A stretch of 56,195 nt of DNA from assembly GCA_001303705.1 (NCBI GenBank), contig LJUI01000003.1, positions 1 through 56,195 of the forward strand, in the 5' to 3' direction. Under the pieces are notes generated by a model. The model saw nothing but the letters and a program-made list of their open reading frames with translations, was not told where the DNA came from and did not search any database. This document shows positions 27,357-38,209 of this stretch, piece by piece. Source of the stretch: a candidate division TA06 bacterium SM23_40. GTDB lineage: Bacteria > LJUI01 > SM1-40. Each line of letters starts with the position of its first letter. The first letter of the stretch is position 1. The translations under genes and the position numbers were made by a program.

Positions 27357-28682
27357 TTATTCGACGAGATAGATCCGGCAAGCCACAAGGCCCGTGAGCA
27401 CCTTCGGATAGAAGTAGGTCGACTTTTGAGGCATTCGCTCTCGGTTGATTGCTATCGCCTTCACTTCCCCGATCCGCGTGGCGTTCATGAGGAATGATAA
27501 CTGGTACTTGCGGCTATCGACTTCCGCGATCGCTTCAGCATCGTCTCTCGTATACTTGATGTGCTCCTCGACTTTCTCCGGGGTGACGCCCATAACGCGA
27601 TCGAGGACAAGCGTATGCAGGATGGCGACATCGAGTCGACGCCACTCTCTGGAGCGGTCAGCCACGCCGAAACTGTCGGCATAGCTCTCGTCCCGCAGCC
27701 CGAATAGGTGATAGGTGCCCCCGCCTGTGTACAGGCCGAATACGTGCCCGTCCGCCCCTCTCGACTCCAGCTCCCGGATGAACGCTGCCACTGCTCCCTC
27801 ACCCTTGCCACCTGCGAACGGCTCGACCCAGAAGTGCTCCTGGAGCTCGCTGAGAAACGTATCCCGGTCGAAATCCTCGAGCCCGTACACAAACCGATGC
27901 GTAGGGAAGATCGAGAGTCCCTCATCATCCATGTTGACGAACGTCATCATCACATTCTCGAAGCTCTCCGCCCCCTCACACTTCATCCCCTGTGCACGCA
28001 TCTCATTCCGGTATGTGAGAGCCGTCTCATAGCGGTGATGCCCGTCGGCTATGAACAGAGGCTGGCCGGCCATTCCTTCTGTCACTCTGCCGATAACGTC
28101 CTCGTCTTCTATCCGCCACATCTTCTGGCGGACACCGTCATCGAACACGAAATCGGCCAGCGGAGAAGTTTCTGCAGCCGCGCTCCCGAGGAGACCGTTT
28201 ATCACCTTTTTCGGATCGGAATAGAGGACGAAGATCTGGCCGAAGAATGCCTGCGTCGCTCGCATCAGATTGAGGCGATCCTGTTTCGGCTTTGCCAGCG
28301 TCTTCTCATGTGGCACGACCCCCTCGCCCAGCTCCTCGATCCGGGTCATGGCGACAAACCCGCGCCTCACCTTTGTGCCTCCGCGGACCTTATACTCCTG
28401 ATCCCAGAGATAGAGCCCCGGCCGCCCGTCCTCGACGAGCACGCCCTCGGCGAGCCACCGAGTGAAGTATTCGCCCGCCCGCTGGTACTTGTTGCGTTTC
28501 TCATCGTCGCCCGACTCATCCTTGCCCCGAATGATGCGCACGATATTGTCCTCGCTCCTGCCATAGAATCGCTCCTGATCCTGGGGCGAGATGACATCGT
28601 ACGGCGGAGTGACGAGCAGCCTCGGATCTCCTACCTTGCTGACGTCATAGCGAATCCCGCGAAATGGAAAGATCTTCGCCAT
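27357..28682 (-). CDS. DUF1015 family protein
   Basis: Motifs PPYDVI, PHEKT, IADGHHRYETA, PTHR, MPQKSTYFYPK; usual neighbour of serA/serC. Confidence 0.92.
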   Translation of the reverse strand: MAKIFPFRGIRYDVSKVGDPRLLVTPPYDVISPQDQERFYGRSEDNIVRIIRGKDESGDDEKRNKYQRAGEYFTRWLAEGVLVEDGRPGLYLWDQEYKVRGGTKVRRGFVAMTRIEELGEGVVPHEKTLAKPKQDRLNLMRATQAFFGQIFVLYSDPKKVINGLLGSAAAETSPLADFVFDDGVRQKMWRIEDEDVIGRVTEGMAGQPLFIADGHHRYETALTYRNEMRAQGMKCEGAESFENVMMTFVNMDDEGLSIFPTHRFVYGLEDFDRDTFLSELQEHFWVEPFAGGKGEGAVAAFIRELESRGADGHVFGLYTGGGTYHLFGLRDESYADSFGVADRSREWRRLDVAILHTLVLDRVMGVTPEKVEEHIKYTRDDAEAIAEVDSRKYQLSFLMNATRIGEVKAIAINRERMPQKSTYFYPKVLTGLVACRIYLVE

Positions 28683-28750
28683 CGAATCCTACCTCATACT
28701 CTATATGTTCAACAGACGAGCCGCAAAGCCGCCCCGGATGCCTGTCAGAC

Positions 28751-29674
28751 CTATGCCCGCTGAACGCCCAGCCCCTCGAGGACGCGATCGACAACCTCTA
28801 TCCCCACTCGATACTGACCTTCGATAGTGGCAGCACCAATGTGGGGGGTGCCGATCACCTGATCGAGACCCATGAGCTTGTGCTCACCCGGCGGTTCGGT
28901 CTCGAACACATCGAGCGCGGCTCCCGCCACCTGATCCCCCACGATAGCGTCGTACAGCGCGTTCTCGTCGATCGTCCCTCCCCGGGCACAATTGATGATC
29001 CGCACCCCCTTCTTCATCTTCGCGAACTCGCGCTGGCCCAGGAGATGCGTCGTCTCCTCGGTCTTGGGGAGGTGGAGGCTGATGAAATCGGACTTCTCCA
29101 GCAGCTCGTCGAGGGGCACGAGCTTCACCTGCACGTCGCCAAGGTCTGCCTGGGTGATGTAGGGATCGTACCCCAGCACGGTCATGCCGAGCGCTGCCGC
29201 CCGCTTCGCGAGCTCGCGGCCGATCCGTCCGGTCCCGATAATGCCGAGCGTCTTGTTGTACAGCTCTACTCCCTTCAGGGCCTTCTTCTCCCACTTCCCC
29301 GCCTTGAGGCCTGCGGTCCCCTTCGGGATCTGGCGAGACAGGGCAAACATGTGTGCCAGGGCAAGCTCGGCTACCGAAATCGAGCTCGCTGCCGGCGTGT
29401 TGACAACCTTGATCCCTGCCTTCTCGGCCGCCTTGACATCGATATTGTCGAGGCCGATGCCCGCGCGCCCGATCACCTTCAGGTTCTTCCCGGCCGCGAC
29501 GACATCACCGGTCACTTTAGTGGCACTCCGCACAACAATCGCGTCGTACTCCCCGATGGCGCCGACCAATTCCTCGGGAGTCATCTCCGTCTTCACGTCT
29601 ACCGCGACTCCCTGTGCGGCCTTCAGGCGTTCGAGCGCCTCCGGGGCCAGTGGGTCAGAAACGAGTATCTTCAT
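28751..29674 (-). CDS. serA: D-3-phosphoglycerate dehydrogenase-like D-2-hydroxyacid dehydrogenase (short form)
   Basis: Motifs RAGIGLDNID, GIIGTGRIG, INCARG, DVFETEP, TPHIGA; ATG 29674 follows GGAGGTGA. Confidence 0.85.
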   Translation of the reverse strand: MKILVSDPLAPEALERLKAAQGVAVDVKTEMTPEELVGAIGEYDAIVVRSATKVTGDVVAAGKNLKVIGRAGIGLDNIDVKAAEKAGIKVVNTPAASSISVAELALAHMFALSRQIPKGTAGLKAGKWEKKALKGVELYNKTLGIIGTGRIGRELAKRAAALGMTVLGYDPYITQADLGDVQVKLVPLDELLEKSDFISLHLPKTEETTHLLGQREFAKMKKGVRIINCARGGTIDENALYDAIVGDQVAGAALDVFETEPPGEHKLMGLDQVIGTPHIGAATIEGQYRVGIEVVDRVLEGLGVQRA

Positions 29675-29730
29675 CTCAATTTCACCTCCGCATGCCGCTG
29701 CACTACAGCGATCCTGGTGGGACCTGTCGG

Positions 29731-30801
29731 CTAGCTCAGCCCGAGTATCTCGTCGATCCACCCGAGGAGTTCATTCAACTCATCCAGGGTCGTATCGCCC
29801 ATATGAGCGATGCGAAATGCCTTCTCTTTGGTCTTTCCGTAGCCGTTCGAAATCACTGCTCCCCGCTTCGCCAGCTCCTCATTGAGCCCAGCTACGCTGA
29901 TCTCGCGGGTGTTGACATAGGTCGTCAGGGTCACCGACTCATACCCGGGCTGCGCGTACAGGGCGAAATGCTTCTTCCCCCAGTCGCGTGCGACCTTCGC
30001 CATCTGCCCGTGACGCGCGAACCGCTGCTCCAACCCTTCTCTGAACATGTCGTCCATCTGCTTGTTGAGGGCGAACAGGTGAGGGATCGAGGGAGTTGTC
30101 GGCGTTTGGACCTTGTCCCAGTACTTGCGGAAGACAAGGAAGTCGAAATAGTACCCTCGATGCGGCACCTTCTTCGCCTTCTCGAGAGCGCGATCCGACA
30201 CGGAGAAGACCGCGAGCCCGGGCGGCAGGGCGAATGCTTTCTGAAGCCCGGCGAGGCACACATCGAGACCCCACCCGTCAACATCGATCTTCACTCCTGC
30301 CATCGAACTCACCGCATCGACCGCGAGCAGCACATCGGGGTACTTCTCTTTCATCATCTGGGCGACTTCCCGAATCGGGTTCATCACCCCGGTCGATGTC
30401 TCGTTGTGGACGATGATCACCGTTTCGTGGCCGCCCTTCTTCAGTTTCTCATCGACCATCTCGGGCAGGATCGCCCTTCCCCACTCGACCTCAAGGCGGT
30501 CTGTCTCCTTCCCGTTCGCCTCCGCGATCTCCGCCCAGCGCTCGCTGAACGCACCGCAGTAGCACGCCAGCACTTTCTTCTCGACAAGGTTTCTCACCAC
30601 GCCCTCCATCACACCAGTAGATGACGAGGTGGACATAAAGACGTGGTCCTTTGTGTACAAAAGCTTCTGTACCTTCGGCGTCACCTCGCCGAGCAGCTGG
30701 GAGAACTCCTTTGACCGATGGCCGATCATCGGCGTTCCCATGTGCTTGAGCATCTCCGGCCGCACCTCTGTCGGACCGGGAATGAAGAGCTTCTTGTGCA
30801 T
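29731..30801 (-). CDS. Class V PLP aminotransferase (serine-glyoxylate/phosphoserine aminotransferase-like)
   Basis: Motifs LFIPGPT, GHRS, HNETSTG, VDAVSS, GLQKAFALPPG, RIAHMG. Confidence 0.9.
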   Translation of the reverse strand: MHKKLFIPGPTEVRPEMLKHMGTPMIGHRSKEFSQLLGEVTPKVQKLLYTKDHVFMSTSSSTGVMEGVVRNLVEKKVLACYCGAFSERWAEIAEANGKETDRLEVEWGRAILPEMVDEKLKKGGHETVIIVHNETSTGVMNPIREVAQMMKEKYPDVLLAVDAVSSMAGVKIDVDGWGLDVCLAGLQKAFALPPGLAVFSVSDRALEKAKKVPHRGYYFDFLVFRKYWDKVQTPTTPSIPHLFALNKQMDDMFREGLEQRFARHGQMAKVARDWGKKHFALYAQPGYESVTLTTYVNTREISVAGLNEELAKRGAVISNGYGKTKEKAFRIAHMGDTTLDELNELLGWIDEILGLS

Positions 30802-30878
30802 CTCGTCTCCCCCTTAGTCTCTGGTCTCTGAGCCCTTCCAGACTGAAATTGAACGATCCTCGCCGACGCCCCGGGCTC

Positions 30879-31334
30879 CTACCCGCGGCACCGCGATTCT
30901 GCCTCGAACTGACTGATCTTCTCGATACGTCTCTGATGGCGCCCACCGTCGAAGGAAGTGGACAACCACTCCTTCACCATCATTACTGCCTGGTCGTGGT
31001 CGGTGAAGTCGGCCGCCAGCACGAGAACGTTGGCATCGTTATGTTGGCGTGACAGCCGGGCGATCTTCATATCGAGACAGAGCGCAGCCCGGATTCCTGC
31101 GACCTTGTTGGCGGCGATGCTGTGGCCGATCCCACTGGCGCAGATGAGCACGCCGCGCTCATGTTCACCCTTCTGAACAGATTCTGCAACTGCAAACGCA
31201 CTATCCGGATAGTCACACGACTCCTCGCTCTCCGTACCAAAGTCGGTGACCGGAATCCCTTCCTCCCGGAGGGCGCGGATTACTTTCTCCTTGAGGCTGT
31301 ACCCACGGTGATCCGCTCCGATGGCTATCCTCAT
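30879..31334 (-). CDS. rpiB: Ribose-5-phosphate isomerase B
   Basis: Motifs IGADHRG, DYPD, ICASGIG, HNDANVL, FDGGRHQRR. Confidence 0.95.
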   Translation of the reverse strand: MRIAIGADHRGYSLKEKVIRALREEGIPVTDFGTESEESCDYPDSAFAVAESVQKGEHERGVLICASGIGHSIAANKVAGIRAALCLDMKIARLSRQHNDANVLVLAADFTDHDQAVMMVKEWLSTSFDGGRHQRRIEKISQFEAESRCRG

Positions 31335-31388
31335 CGCTCTCTCGCTCCCTGGCTTCAGAGAACGTGCTCGCTTGCCGACCGCAGACTC

Positions 31389-32303
31389 CTACACATACGT
31401 CAGCCAGCCGTACTTATCTCTCCGCTGACCGGACGCCACACCGAAATACTGCTTCTGCAGTTGTGCTGTCACCGGTCCCCGCTTCCCCGTGGCGATTGCG
31501 ATCTTGTCGATGGAGCGGATCGGTGTGATCTCGGCCGCGCTCCCCGTGAAGAAGACCTCCTCTGCCATGTATAGCCATTCTCGGGGGATGAGGTGCTGTC
31601 TCACCTCGATTTTGTTGTCGCGGGCCAACCTGATCACCGAATCGCGCGTGATCCCCGGCAGGATGGACGCGCCGAGTGGCGGAGTGTACAGCTCCCCCTT
31701 CCACAGAATAAACAGGTTCTCGCCACTGCCTTCGGAGACATAGCCGGCGACATCGAGCGCGATCCCCTCGACGAAGCCATAGAGGAGGGCCTCCATCTTG
31801 ATCAGCTGCGAGTTCATATAGTTGGCACCCGTCTTGGCCATTGCCGGGAATGTGTTGGGCGCCATGCGCTGCCACGACGAGACCATCACATCTACGCCTT
31901 GCTCCACCGCCTCCGGGCCCAGGTACTGCCCCCATTCCCACACGGCAACCGCCACGTCGACCGGACAGTTGAACGGACTCACCCCCATCTCCCCATATCC
32001 CCGATAGACCAGCGGGCGGATGTAGCACGACTTCAGCCGGTTCCTCCGTATCGTCTCGAGGATCGCCTCATTGATCTCCTCGGGAGTATGGGGGATGTCC
32101 ATGCGGTAGATCCTGGCCGAATGGAATAACCGCTGGGTGTGGTCCTCTAACCTGAACACAGCCGGGCCCTTTTTCGTCTTGTAGCAACGCATACCCTCGA
32201 ATACGCTCGACCCGTAATGTAGCCCGTGCGTCAGCACGTGCACCTGAGCCTCGTCCCAGGGCACGAATTCCCCGTTCATCCAGATGACCTTCGCCTTCTT
32301 CAT
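31389..32303 (-). CDS. ilvE: Branched-chain amino acid aminotransferase
   Basis: Motifs [37 protein letters not shown]; ATG 32303 follows GAGGAGGA. Confidence 0.95.
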   Translation of the reverse strand: MKKAKVIWMNGEFVPWDEAQVHVLTHGLHYGSSVFEGMRCYKTKKGPAVFRLEDHTQRLFHSARIYRMDIPHTPEEINEAILETIRRNRLKSCYIRPLVYRGYGEMGVSPFNCPVDVAVAVWEWGQYLGPEAVEQGVDVMVSSWQRMAPNTFPAMAKTGANYMNSQLIKMEALLYGFVEGIALDVAGYVSEGSGENLFILWKGELYTPPLGASILPGITRDSVIRLARDNKIEVRQHLIPREWLYMAEEVFFTGSAAEITPIRSIDKIAIATGKRGPVTAQLQKQYFGVASGQRRDKYGWLTYV

Positions 32304-32419
32304 AGACGTCCTCCTCCTCGCTGTCGGCTTCGGCCGGCAGAGACCTCGCGGTCTCCCCACAGCTGCTCGCGGCGTGAGAGCGGCGGCATCGATCCCGCTG
32401 CAGCCAGAGCCGCATCACC

Positions 32420-33274
32420 TCACGCTGAGTAATCGTAGAATCCGCTCGCGGTCTTTCGCCCGAGACGCCCTGCCGCGACCATCTTCCTCAGCAGCGGACA
32501 GGGACGGTATTTCGAGTCACTGTACCCGGAATAAAGGACTTCCATGATGTGGAGGCAGACGTCGAGCCCGATGAGATCGGCCAGCGCCAGAGGACCCATG
32601 GGGTGATTCATGCCCAACTTCATGACAGTATCGATCGCCTCCCGATCGGCCACCCCCTCCATGAGGCAATAGATCGCCTCATTGATCATGGGCATCAGCA
32701 CCCGATTCGAGACGAAGCCGGGGTAGTCCTGCACCTCGACCGGCGTCTTCCCGACACGCGTGGCGAGTGCCTCCACCGCCTGGTAAGTCACGTCGCTCGT
32801 CGCCAGACCGCGTATGATCTCGACGAGCTTCATGACCGGCACGGGATTCATGAAATGCATGCCGATGACTTTGTCCGCGCGGCCGGTCGCCGCCGCGATA
32901 TCGGTGATCGAGATCGATGATGTGTTCGTCGCCAGTATGACCTCTTTGCCTGCCAGGCCATCGAGTTCAGCGAATATCTTCCGCTTCAGATCGCGATCCT
33001 CGATCACCGCCTCGATCACGAACTGAGTTTCCTTCACGGCCGAGAGGGACGTTGCCGTGCTCACGCGCCTCAGGGCCTCCGTACTCTGCTGCTCTGTTAT
33101 AGCTTCTTTCTTCACGAGCCTGGCCAGGCTCTTCTCCATCGTCTTCCGCGCGCGATCGAGCACCTCATCGCTCACATCGATAAGGGTGACATCTATTCCA
33201 GAGGCCGCACAGACCTGGGCAATCCCGCTGCCCATCGTCCCGGCGCCGACGATTCCGACACGTGAGATCTCCAT
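32420..33274 (-). CDS. hbd: 3-hydroxybutyryl-CoA dehydrogenase
   Basis: Motifs GAGTMGSGIA, TNTSS, GMHFMNP, PGFVSNR, HPMGPL. Confidence 0.93.
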   Translation of the reverse strand: MEISRVGIVGAGTMGSGIAQVCAASGIDVTLIDVSDEVLDRARKTMEKSLARLVKKEAITEQQSTEALRRVSTATSLSAVKETQFVIEAVIEDRDLKRKIFAELDGLAGKEVILATNTSSISITDIAAATGRADKVIGMHFMNPVPVMKLVEIIRGLATSDVTYQAVEALATRVGKTPVEVQDYPGFVSNRVLMPMINEAIYCLMEGVADREAIDTVMKLGMNHPMGPLALADLIGLDVCLHIMEVLYSGYSDSKYRPCPLLRKMVAAGRLGRKTASGFYDYSA

Positions 33275-33325
33275 CAACACTCCCCTCCGAATCGTGGTGA
33301 TCGAAAACCCGTGGCGACACGGCCC

Positions 33326-34519
33326 CTACACCATCTCCACCGACATGGCCACGGCGTGCCCTCCGCCCAGACAGAGAACCGCAAGGCCCTTCTTCTTCTT
33401 CCTATCCTTGAGTGCGTAGAGCAACGTGACGAGCACTCTCGCTCCTGACGCCCCTATCGGGTGGCCGAGGGCCACTGCCCCGCCGTGTATGTTGACACGA
33501 TCCCAATCCCACCCCAGCTCCTTCCCGTCGGCGAGCGCCTGAGCGCTGAATGCCTCGTTGAGTTCGATGAGATCGTAGTCGCCGATCGACGCACCCGTCT
33601 TCTCCATCAGCTTGCGCACCGCATAGATCGGGGCATAGAAGAGCATCTTCGGTTCGGTACCGGCGACGGCATATCCCGTTATGGTCGCCATCGGCGCGAT
33701 CTTCCTGCGATCGGCCTCCTCCCGCGACATGACCACAACCGCCGCTGCGCCATCGTTGAGTCCGGGCGCATTGCCCGCGGTGACGGTCCCGTCTTTCTTG
33801 AACGCGGGTCGGAGCTTGGCGAGCTTCTCGATAGAAATGTCCTCGCGTGGACGCTCGTCGGTATCAAAGATGATCGGATCGCCCTTCCGCTGCGGTACCT
33901 CGACAGGGACGATCTCCTGTTTGAACTTCCCCCCGGCTATGGCCGCCAGCGCTTTCTTGTGGCTATTGTAGGCATACTCGTCCTGTTCTTCCCGCGTGAT
34001 CTTCGAGCGCTCCGCGGTGAACTCGGCGGACATGCCCATGTGCTTGTCCTCGAATGCGCACCAGAGCCCATCGTGAATCACCCCGTCGACGAGCTCGGCA
34101 TTCCCCATGCGCAGGCCGGTTCTGGCCTTAGGGAGGTAATAGGGAACCTGGCTCATGCTCTCCAGTCCCCCGGCGACGACGATCTCCGCATCCCCGAGAG
34201 CGATCGCCTGGGCCCCGAGCATGACTGCCTTCAGACCCGAGCCACACACCTTGTTGATCGTCATCACAGCAATCTCCGCAGGGATCCCGCCGGCAATCGC
34301 CGCCTGCCGTGCCGGTGCCTGCCCGATGCCTCCGCTTACGACGTTCCCCATGATCACTTCATCGACCTCGCCGGCCTCGATGCCGGCACGGCGGACCGTC
34401 TCCTCGATGACCTTCGCCCCAAGCTGGGGCGCCGTCAGCGGAGCGAGCGTCCCGAGAAACTCTCCCACAGCCGTCCGCACGCCTGACACCAGAACGACCT
34501 CGCGCCTATCGACCGACAT
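33326..34519 (-). CDS. Acetyl-CoA C-acetyltransferase (thiolase)
   Basis: Motifs [24 protein letters not shown]; ATG 34519 follows AAGGAG. Confidence 0.95.
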   Translation of the reverse strand: MSVDRREVVLVSGVRTAVGEFLGTLAPLTAPQLGAKVIEETVRRAGIEAGEVDEVIMGNVVSGGIGQAPARQAAIAGGIPAEIAVMTINKVCGSGLKAVMLGAQAIALGDAEIVVAGGLESMSQVPYYLPKARTGLRMGNAELVDGVIHDGLWCAFEDKHMGMSAEFTAERSKITREEQDEYAYNSHKKALAAIAGGKFKQEIVPVEVPQRKGDPIIFDTDERPREDISIEKLAKLRPAFKKDGTVTAGNAPGLNDGAAAVVVMSREEADRRKIAPMATITGYAVAGTEPKMLFYAPIYAVRKLMEKTGASIGDYDLIELNEAFSAQALADGKELGWDWDRVNIHGGAVALGHPIGASGARVLVTLLYALKDRKKKKGLAVLCLGGGHAVAMSVEMV

Positions 34520-34599
34520 TGTGTGCTCCTTTCTACTTCGTTTCCTCTCTTTCGTCCGTCTCCTCTCTCTCGCCCGTCTCATCACTCCAGATCTGGCAC

Positions 34600-35454
34600 C
34601 TAGACCTCCTGCTCCAGCGTGAACCTCCCTTCAGTCTCTCTCAGGTAGCCAGCTCTCACCTTCGTATCGTGCGCCGGGATCACAAGCCATCCCTCACCGA
34701 TGGCATGTCGATAGATGTTCCGCTTCGCCTCCAGTGTCTCCAGGGGACGTACGTCGAATGCCGTAGCGTAGGCGAGCGGAGTATGATGTACCGTGGGAAG
34801 AATATCTGAACAGATTACCGCGGTCTGGCCCTTCGACACGACCAACACAACTTGATGGCCGCCACTATGGCCGCCTGTGAACTGAGTTCGAACTCCTACT
34901 GCGACCTCCGTTTCTCCATCGACGAGCTCGACCAGATCATGCCCGGCGAGGGGCATGAAGTCATCTTCGAAGTACGCCGTGCGCGTCTTCTCGTTCGGGT
35001 TGCGGGCATACTCCCACTCCTGTCTCTGCACGATATGCCGTGCGTTGGGGAATGACGGCACTACTTCGCCTTCCTCTTCGACCCGTGTACATGCTCCTGC
35101 GTGATCGAAGTGGAGGTGGGTAAGAACTACCGTCCCGATCTCTGTCCGATCGATCCCCAACTCCGCCAGACACTGGTCGAGGACGAGCGATCTATCGAGA
35201 TTGTAAATCTTCCTCGTCTTCTCGTCATACTTGTCACCGATTCCGGGGTCAACGAGGATCCACCCGCCTTCAGTGTCGATGAGCACGGGATTGATCGCGA
35301 GCTCCATACGATTGCGCTCATCCGCCGGACAGACCTTACTCCATAGTACCTTCGGAACAGCGCCGAAGATCGAGCCTGCATCCACCCAGAAACTGCCATC
35401 GCGCACGAAGTAGATGCTGAAATCTCCCAGGTGAAGGTGTTGGACTCTCGCCAT
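34600..35454 (-). CDS. MBL-fold metallo-hydrolase (YtnP-like)
   Basis: Motifs DAGSIFGAVPKVLW, THLHFDHAG, GHSGGH, AHD. Confidence 0.88.
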   Translation of the reverse strand: MARVQHLHLGDFSIYFVRDGSFWVDAGSIFGAVPKVLWSKVCPADERNRMELAINPVLIDTEGGWILVDPGIGDKYDEKTRKIYNLDRSLVLDQCLAELGIDRTEIGTVVLTHLHFDHAGACTRVEEEGEVVPSFPNARHIVQRQEWEYARNPNEKTRTAYFEDDFMPLAGHDLVELVDGETEVAVGVRTQFTGGHSGGHQVVLVVSKGQTAVICSDILPTVHHTPLAYATAFDVRPLETLEAKRNIYRHAIGEGWLVIPAHDTKVRAGYLRETEGRFTLEQEV

Positions 35455-35551
35455 CACTCTCCCACTCTTCTTCCCGCGCCGGCCGGAACCGGCGCAGAAA
35501 TCCCTGTCGCACGCCCATTCTCTGTAAGTCGTCCGGGCGGTGATGGAATCC

Positions 35552-35569
35552 TTGTGAAAAAGTTCACAA
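35552..35569. promoter_or_regulatory. Rex operator
   Basis: TTGTGAA-AAAG-TTCACAA is an exact match to the Rex consensus TTGTGAANNNNTTCACAA. Confidence 0.8.
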
Positions 35570-35574
35570 AGTTG

Positions 35575-35603
35575 ATGTTATCTTCTCTCCCGGCTGGCGT
35601 CAA
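35575..35603 (-). promoter_or_regulatory. sigma70-type promoter of the MBL-thiolase-hbd operon
   Basis: Minus strand TTGACG-17nt-TAACAT. The predicted start site falls at the edge of the Rex box. Confidence 0.7.
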
Positions 35604-35699
35604 GCCAAATCGTCAGGCGGTGCAGGCAGTTTGCCCGGGAAGCACCGACGTGGGGTATGGATCGGGGGGTGCGGATCGGGAGAACGTCAGACCACACGC

Positions 35700-36833
35700 T
35701 CAGCGAAGAAGCTCGCGAGCAATCACCAAGCGCTGGATCTCACTCGTCCCCTCGCCGATCTCGGTCAACTTGGCATCCCTGAAATAGCGCTCTACTGGAT
35801 AGTCCTTCATGTACCCGTACCCACCATGTATCTGGATCGCGTCAGTCGTCGCCTTCATTGCCACCCGCGACGCAAACAGCTTCGCCATCGCCGATTCAGT
35901 GATGAACGGCTGGCCCGCGTCCTCCAGCGTCGCTCCATGGTAGATGAGCTGCCGCGCCGCCTCGATCTCGGTGGCCATATCAGCAAGCATGAACTGGATC
36001 GCCTGAATCTCCCCGATCGGCTTGCCGAATTGGACGCGTTCCTTAGAGTAGGCGATGCTCGCGTCGAGCGCGCCCTGAGCGATACCCAGGGCCATGGCAG
36101 CGATCGAAATCCTGCCCCCGTCGAGGATAGTGAGAAACTGCTTATATCCCTCGCCCTCATTGCCCAGGAGGTTCTCCCTCGGCAGACGACAGTCCTCGAA
36201 GATGAGTTCTGAGGTGACCGAGCCCCGCAGCCCCATCTTCTTCTCTTTCTTGCCCGGGCTGAACCCAGGAGTCCCCTTTTCGACGATGAACGAGCTGATG
36301 CCCCGCTTCCCCTTACTCTTGTCGGTAACAGCGGTAATGACAGTCATCTCGGCAATCGAGCCGCTCGTTACGAATGTCTTCCTTCCGTTGATTACCCATT
36401 CGTCGCCATCCAGCACAGCTCTGGTCTTCGTCGCCCCCGCGTCGCTTCCCGCCTCGGGCTCGGTCAACCCGAACGCTCCGAGCCATTCGCCTTTGGCCAG
36501 CGGGACGAGATACTTCTGCTTCTGCTCCTCGGTCCCGAAGAGATGGATTGAATTCGCCCCCAGCGAGACATGAGCGGCGAGCGTGATTCCGGTCGAGCCG
36601 CAGACGCGTGATACCTCCTCTACGGCAATTGTATAAGAGAGTGCGTCGAGCCCGGCCCCGCCGTACTTCTCCGGAAACGGAATGCCCATGATGCCCAACT
36701 CACCCATCTGTTTCACAACATCCCATGAGAATTCCTCTTTCTCATCGATCTCGGCAGCTCGCGGGGCAACCACCCGCAGCGCGAACTCGCGGATCCACTC
36801 CCTGAACTCCTGATGCTCCTGGCTGAGTATCAA
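35700..36833 (-). CDS. Acyl-CoA dehydrogenase (butyryl/short branched-chain type)
   Basis: Motifs [43 protein letters not shown]; TTG start after AAGGAGG. Confidence 0.94.
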   Translation of the reverse strand: MILSQEHQEFREWIREFALRVVAPRAAEIDEKEEFSWDVVKQMGELGIMGIPFPEKYGGAGLDALSYTIAVEEVSRVCGSTGITLAAHVSLGANSIHLFGTEEQKQKYLVPLAKGEWLGAFGLTEPEAGSDAGATKTRAVLDGDEWVINGRKTFVTSGSIAEMTVITAVTDKSKGKRGISSFIVEKGTPGFSPGKKEKKMGLRGSVTSELIFEDCRLPRENLLGNEGEGYKQFLTILDGGRISIAAMALGIAQGALDASIAYSKERVQFGKPIGEIQAIQFMLADMATEIEAARQLIYHGATLEDAGQPFITESAMAKLFASRVAMKATTDAIQIHGGYGYMKDYPVERYFRDAKLTEIGEGTSEIQRLVIARELLR

Positions 36834-36854
36834 TCGAATTCCTCCTTCATCTGT

Positions 36855-36927
36855 GCCACACCTGCTCTATGCCACACCTGTCGCGCGCCACGGCTGCCAC
36901 ACGCCACACCTGCCGCACGCCACAACT
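36855..36927. repeat. 16-nt period tandem repeat, about 4.5 copies (core GCCACACCTG)
   Basis: Units start at 36855, 36871, 36887, 36903 and 36919. Confidence 0.8.
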
Positions 36928-36932
36928 ATCTA

Positions 36933-37715
36933 TTAGGGACCGCCAGACAGCACATAGACCAACGGCACCCCATCCGCTCCACCCCCAATGACCATGTACC
37001 GATCTCGGTCGCTATATATGACGATTCCCCCCGCCTCAATCGCGCTCTCCGCGTACCTCTCGGGAGGAGGCCATCGCTCGAACTGAATGCAACGGTCCGA
37101 CCCGATCTCTCCTGTGAATGGATTGGCAAGATCGTTGGCCAGCAACAGAGCGAACCGCTCGCCACGGCCATCGGGGTCCTGCCATCCCATGGGACACATA
37201 CCGCCCGTCCACAGCCTGAATTCCTCAATCGCAACCTGGACAGCTTTCATATTGGCGCGCACCAGGGCCTCCTTGTGCGCCCTGATGTCGCGCAGGTACC
37301 CCGGGAGGGCAACGAATCCGACCACGATCGCGAGGACCGTGAGCGACGTGCCAAATGCGCCCAGGACGACGCCTGCAGTCGCGAGTCCCGCGCCGCGGAC
37401 ATCTTCACCCCGTGCGCGAATCCTGTTCCTGGCCACGATGCCGAGCACGAGGGCGACTATGCCGACGAATGGCACGAGGGTTGCAGTCCCGCAGACATAC
37501 GACGCTACCGCAAGGCCGGCAACAGGGCGCCTCCTCCTGGCGGGCGGGCGCTCCTCCGCCTGCTCCTCTACTGGAATGGAATCCTCCTGTCCCCCGCCCC
37601 CGGACTCTCCGACATCGTCAGAGGCCACTTCGACCCCGGGCCCGGCCGCATCGCCCTCCGTCAGTTCCCCTGACTCCACAGGGCCCTCCGGCTCTATCCG
37701 ATCGTCTGATCCCAT
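36933..37715 (-). CDS. DUF4190-like membrane domain fused to a pilin/pseudopilin-like domain
   Basis: GLAVAS...ALVLGIVARNRI...GAGLATAGVVLG, followed by ALPGYL...VRANMKAVQVAIEEF...NPF. Confidence 0.65.
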   Translation of the reverse strand: MGSDDRIEPEGPVESGELTEGDAAGPGVEVASDDVGESGGGGQEDSIPVEEQAEERPPARRRRPVAGLAVASYVCGTATLVPFVGIVALVLGIVARNRIRARGEDVRGAGLATAGVVLGAFGTSLTVLAIVVGFVALPGYLRDIRAHKEALVRANMKAVQVAIEEFRLWTGGMCPMGWQDPDGRGERFALLLANDLANPFTGEIGSDRCIQFERWPPPERYAESAIEAGGIVIYSDRDRYMVIGGGADGVPLVYVLSGGP

Positions 37716-37757
37716 CAGACCCTCCGAATCGATCTCACTGCCCGCGCAGAGATACGC

Positions 37758-38171
37758 CTAGCCCGTTCTACTCTTCCCCGGCATCTCGGCAAGCTCGACA
37801 AGAACGCCGAACGTCGCCCGCGGTGAGAGAAAACAGACTGTCTTTCCCTCAGCGCCAGGCTGTGGTCCCTCAATACACCGGTACCCACGGACCTCGAACT
37901 CGGCGAGTCGATCCACCAGCCGGTCCACCTCAAAGCAGATGTGGTGCACCCCTTCGCCGCGCTTCTCCAGGAACCGCCCGATCGTGCCCTTACCGCCCAG
38001 AGCCGCGAGAAGCTCGATCTTGGTATCGCCGATCCTGAACAAGGCGACCTCGACCGAGAGGTCTGTGAGAACCTCACGTCCCAACAACTCCAGCCCCAGC
38101 GTCTCGCCGTAGAAGGCGATAGCCGCCTCGATATCCCGTACGGCAACTCCGATGTGTTCAATGCGTTTCAC
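37758..38171 (-). CDS. mce: Methylmalonyl-CoA epimerase
   Basis: Motifs IEHIGVAV, KIELL, GEGVHHICFEV, GVLVEL; GTG 38171 follows GGAGG; adjacent to the mutase. Confidence 0.9.
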   Translation of the reverse strand: MKRIEHIGVAVRDIEAAIAFYGETLGLELLGREVLTDLSVEVALFRIGDTKIELLAALGGKGTIGRFLEKRGEGVHHICFEVDRLVDRLAEFEVRGYRCIEGPQPGAEGKTVCFLSPRATFGVLVELAEMPGKSRTG

Positions 38172-38209
38172 ACAACCTCCCCCGCTGGACATTTACTCGC
38201 CGCCGTTTC

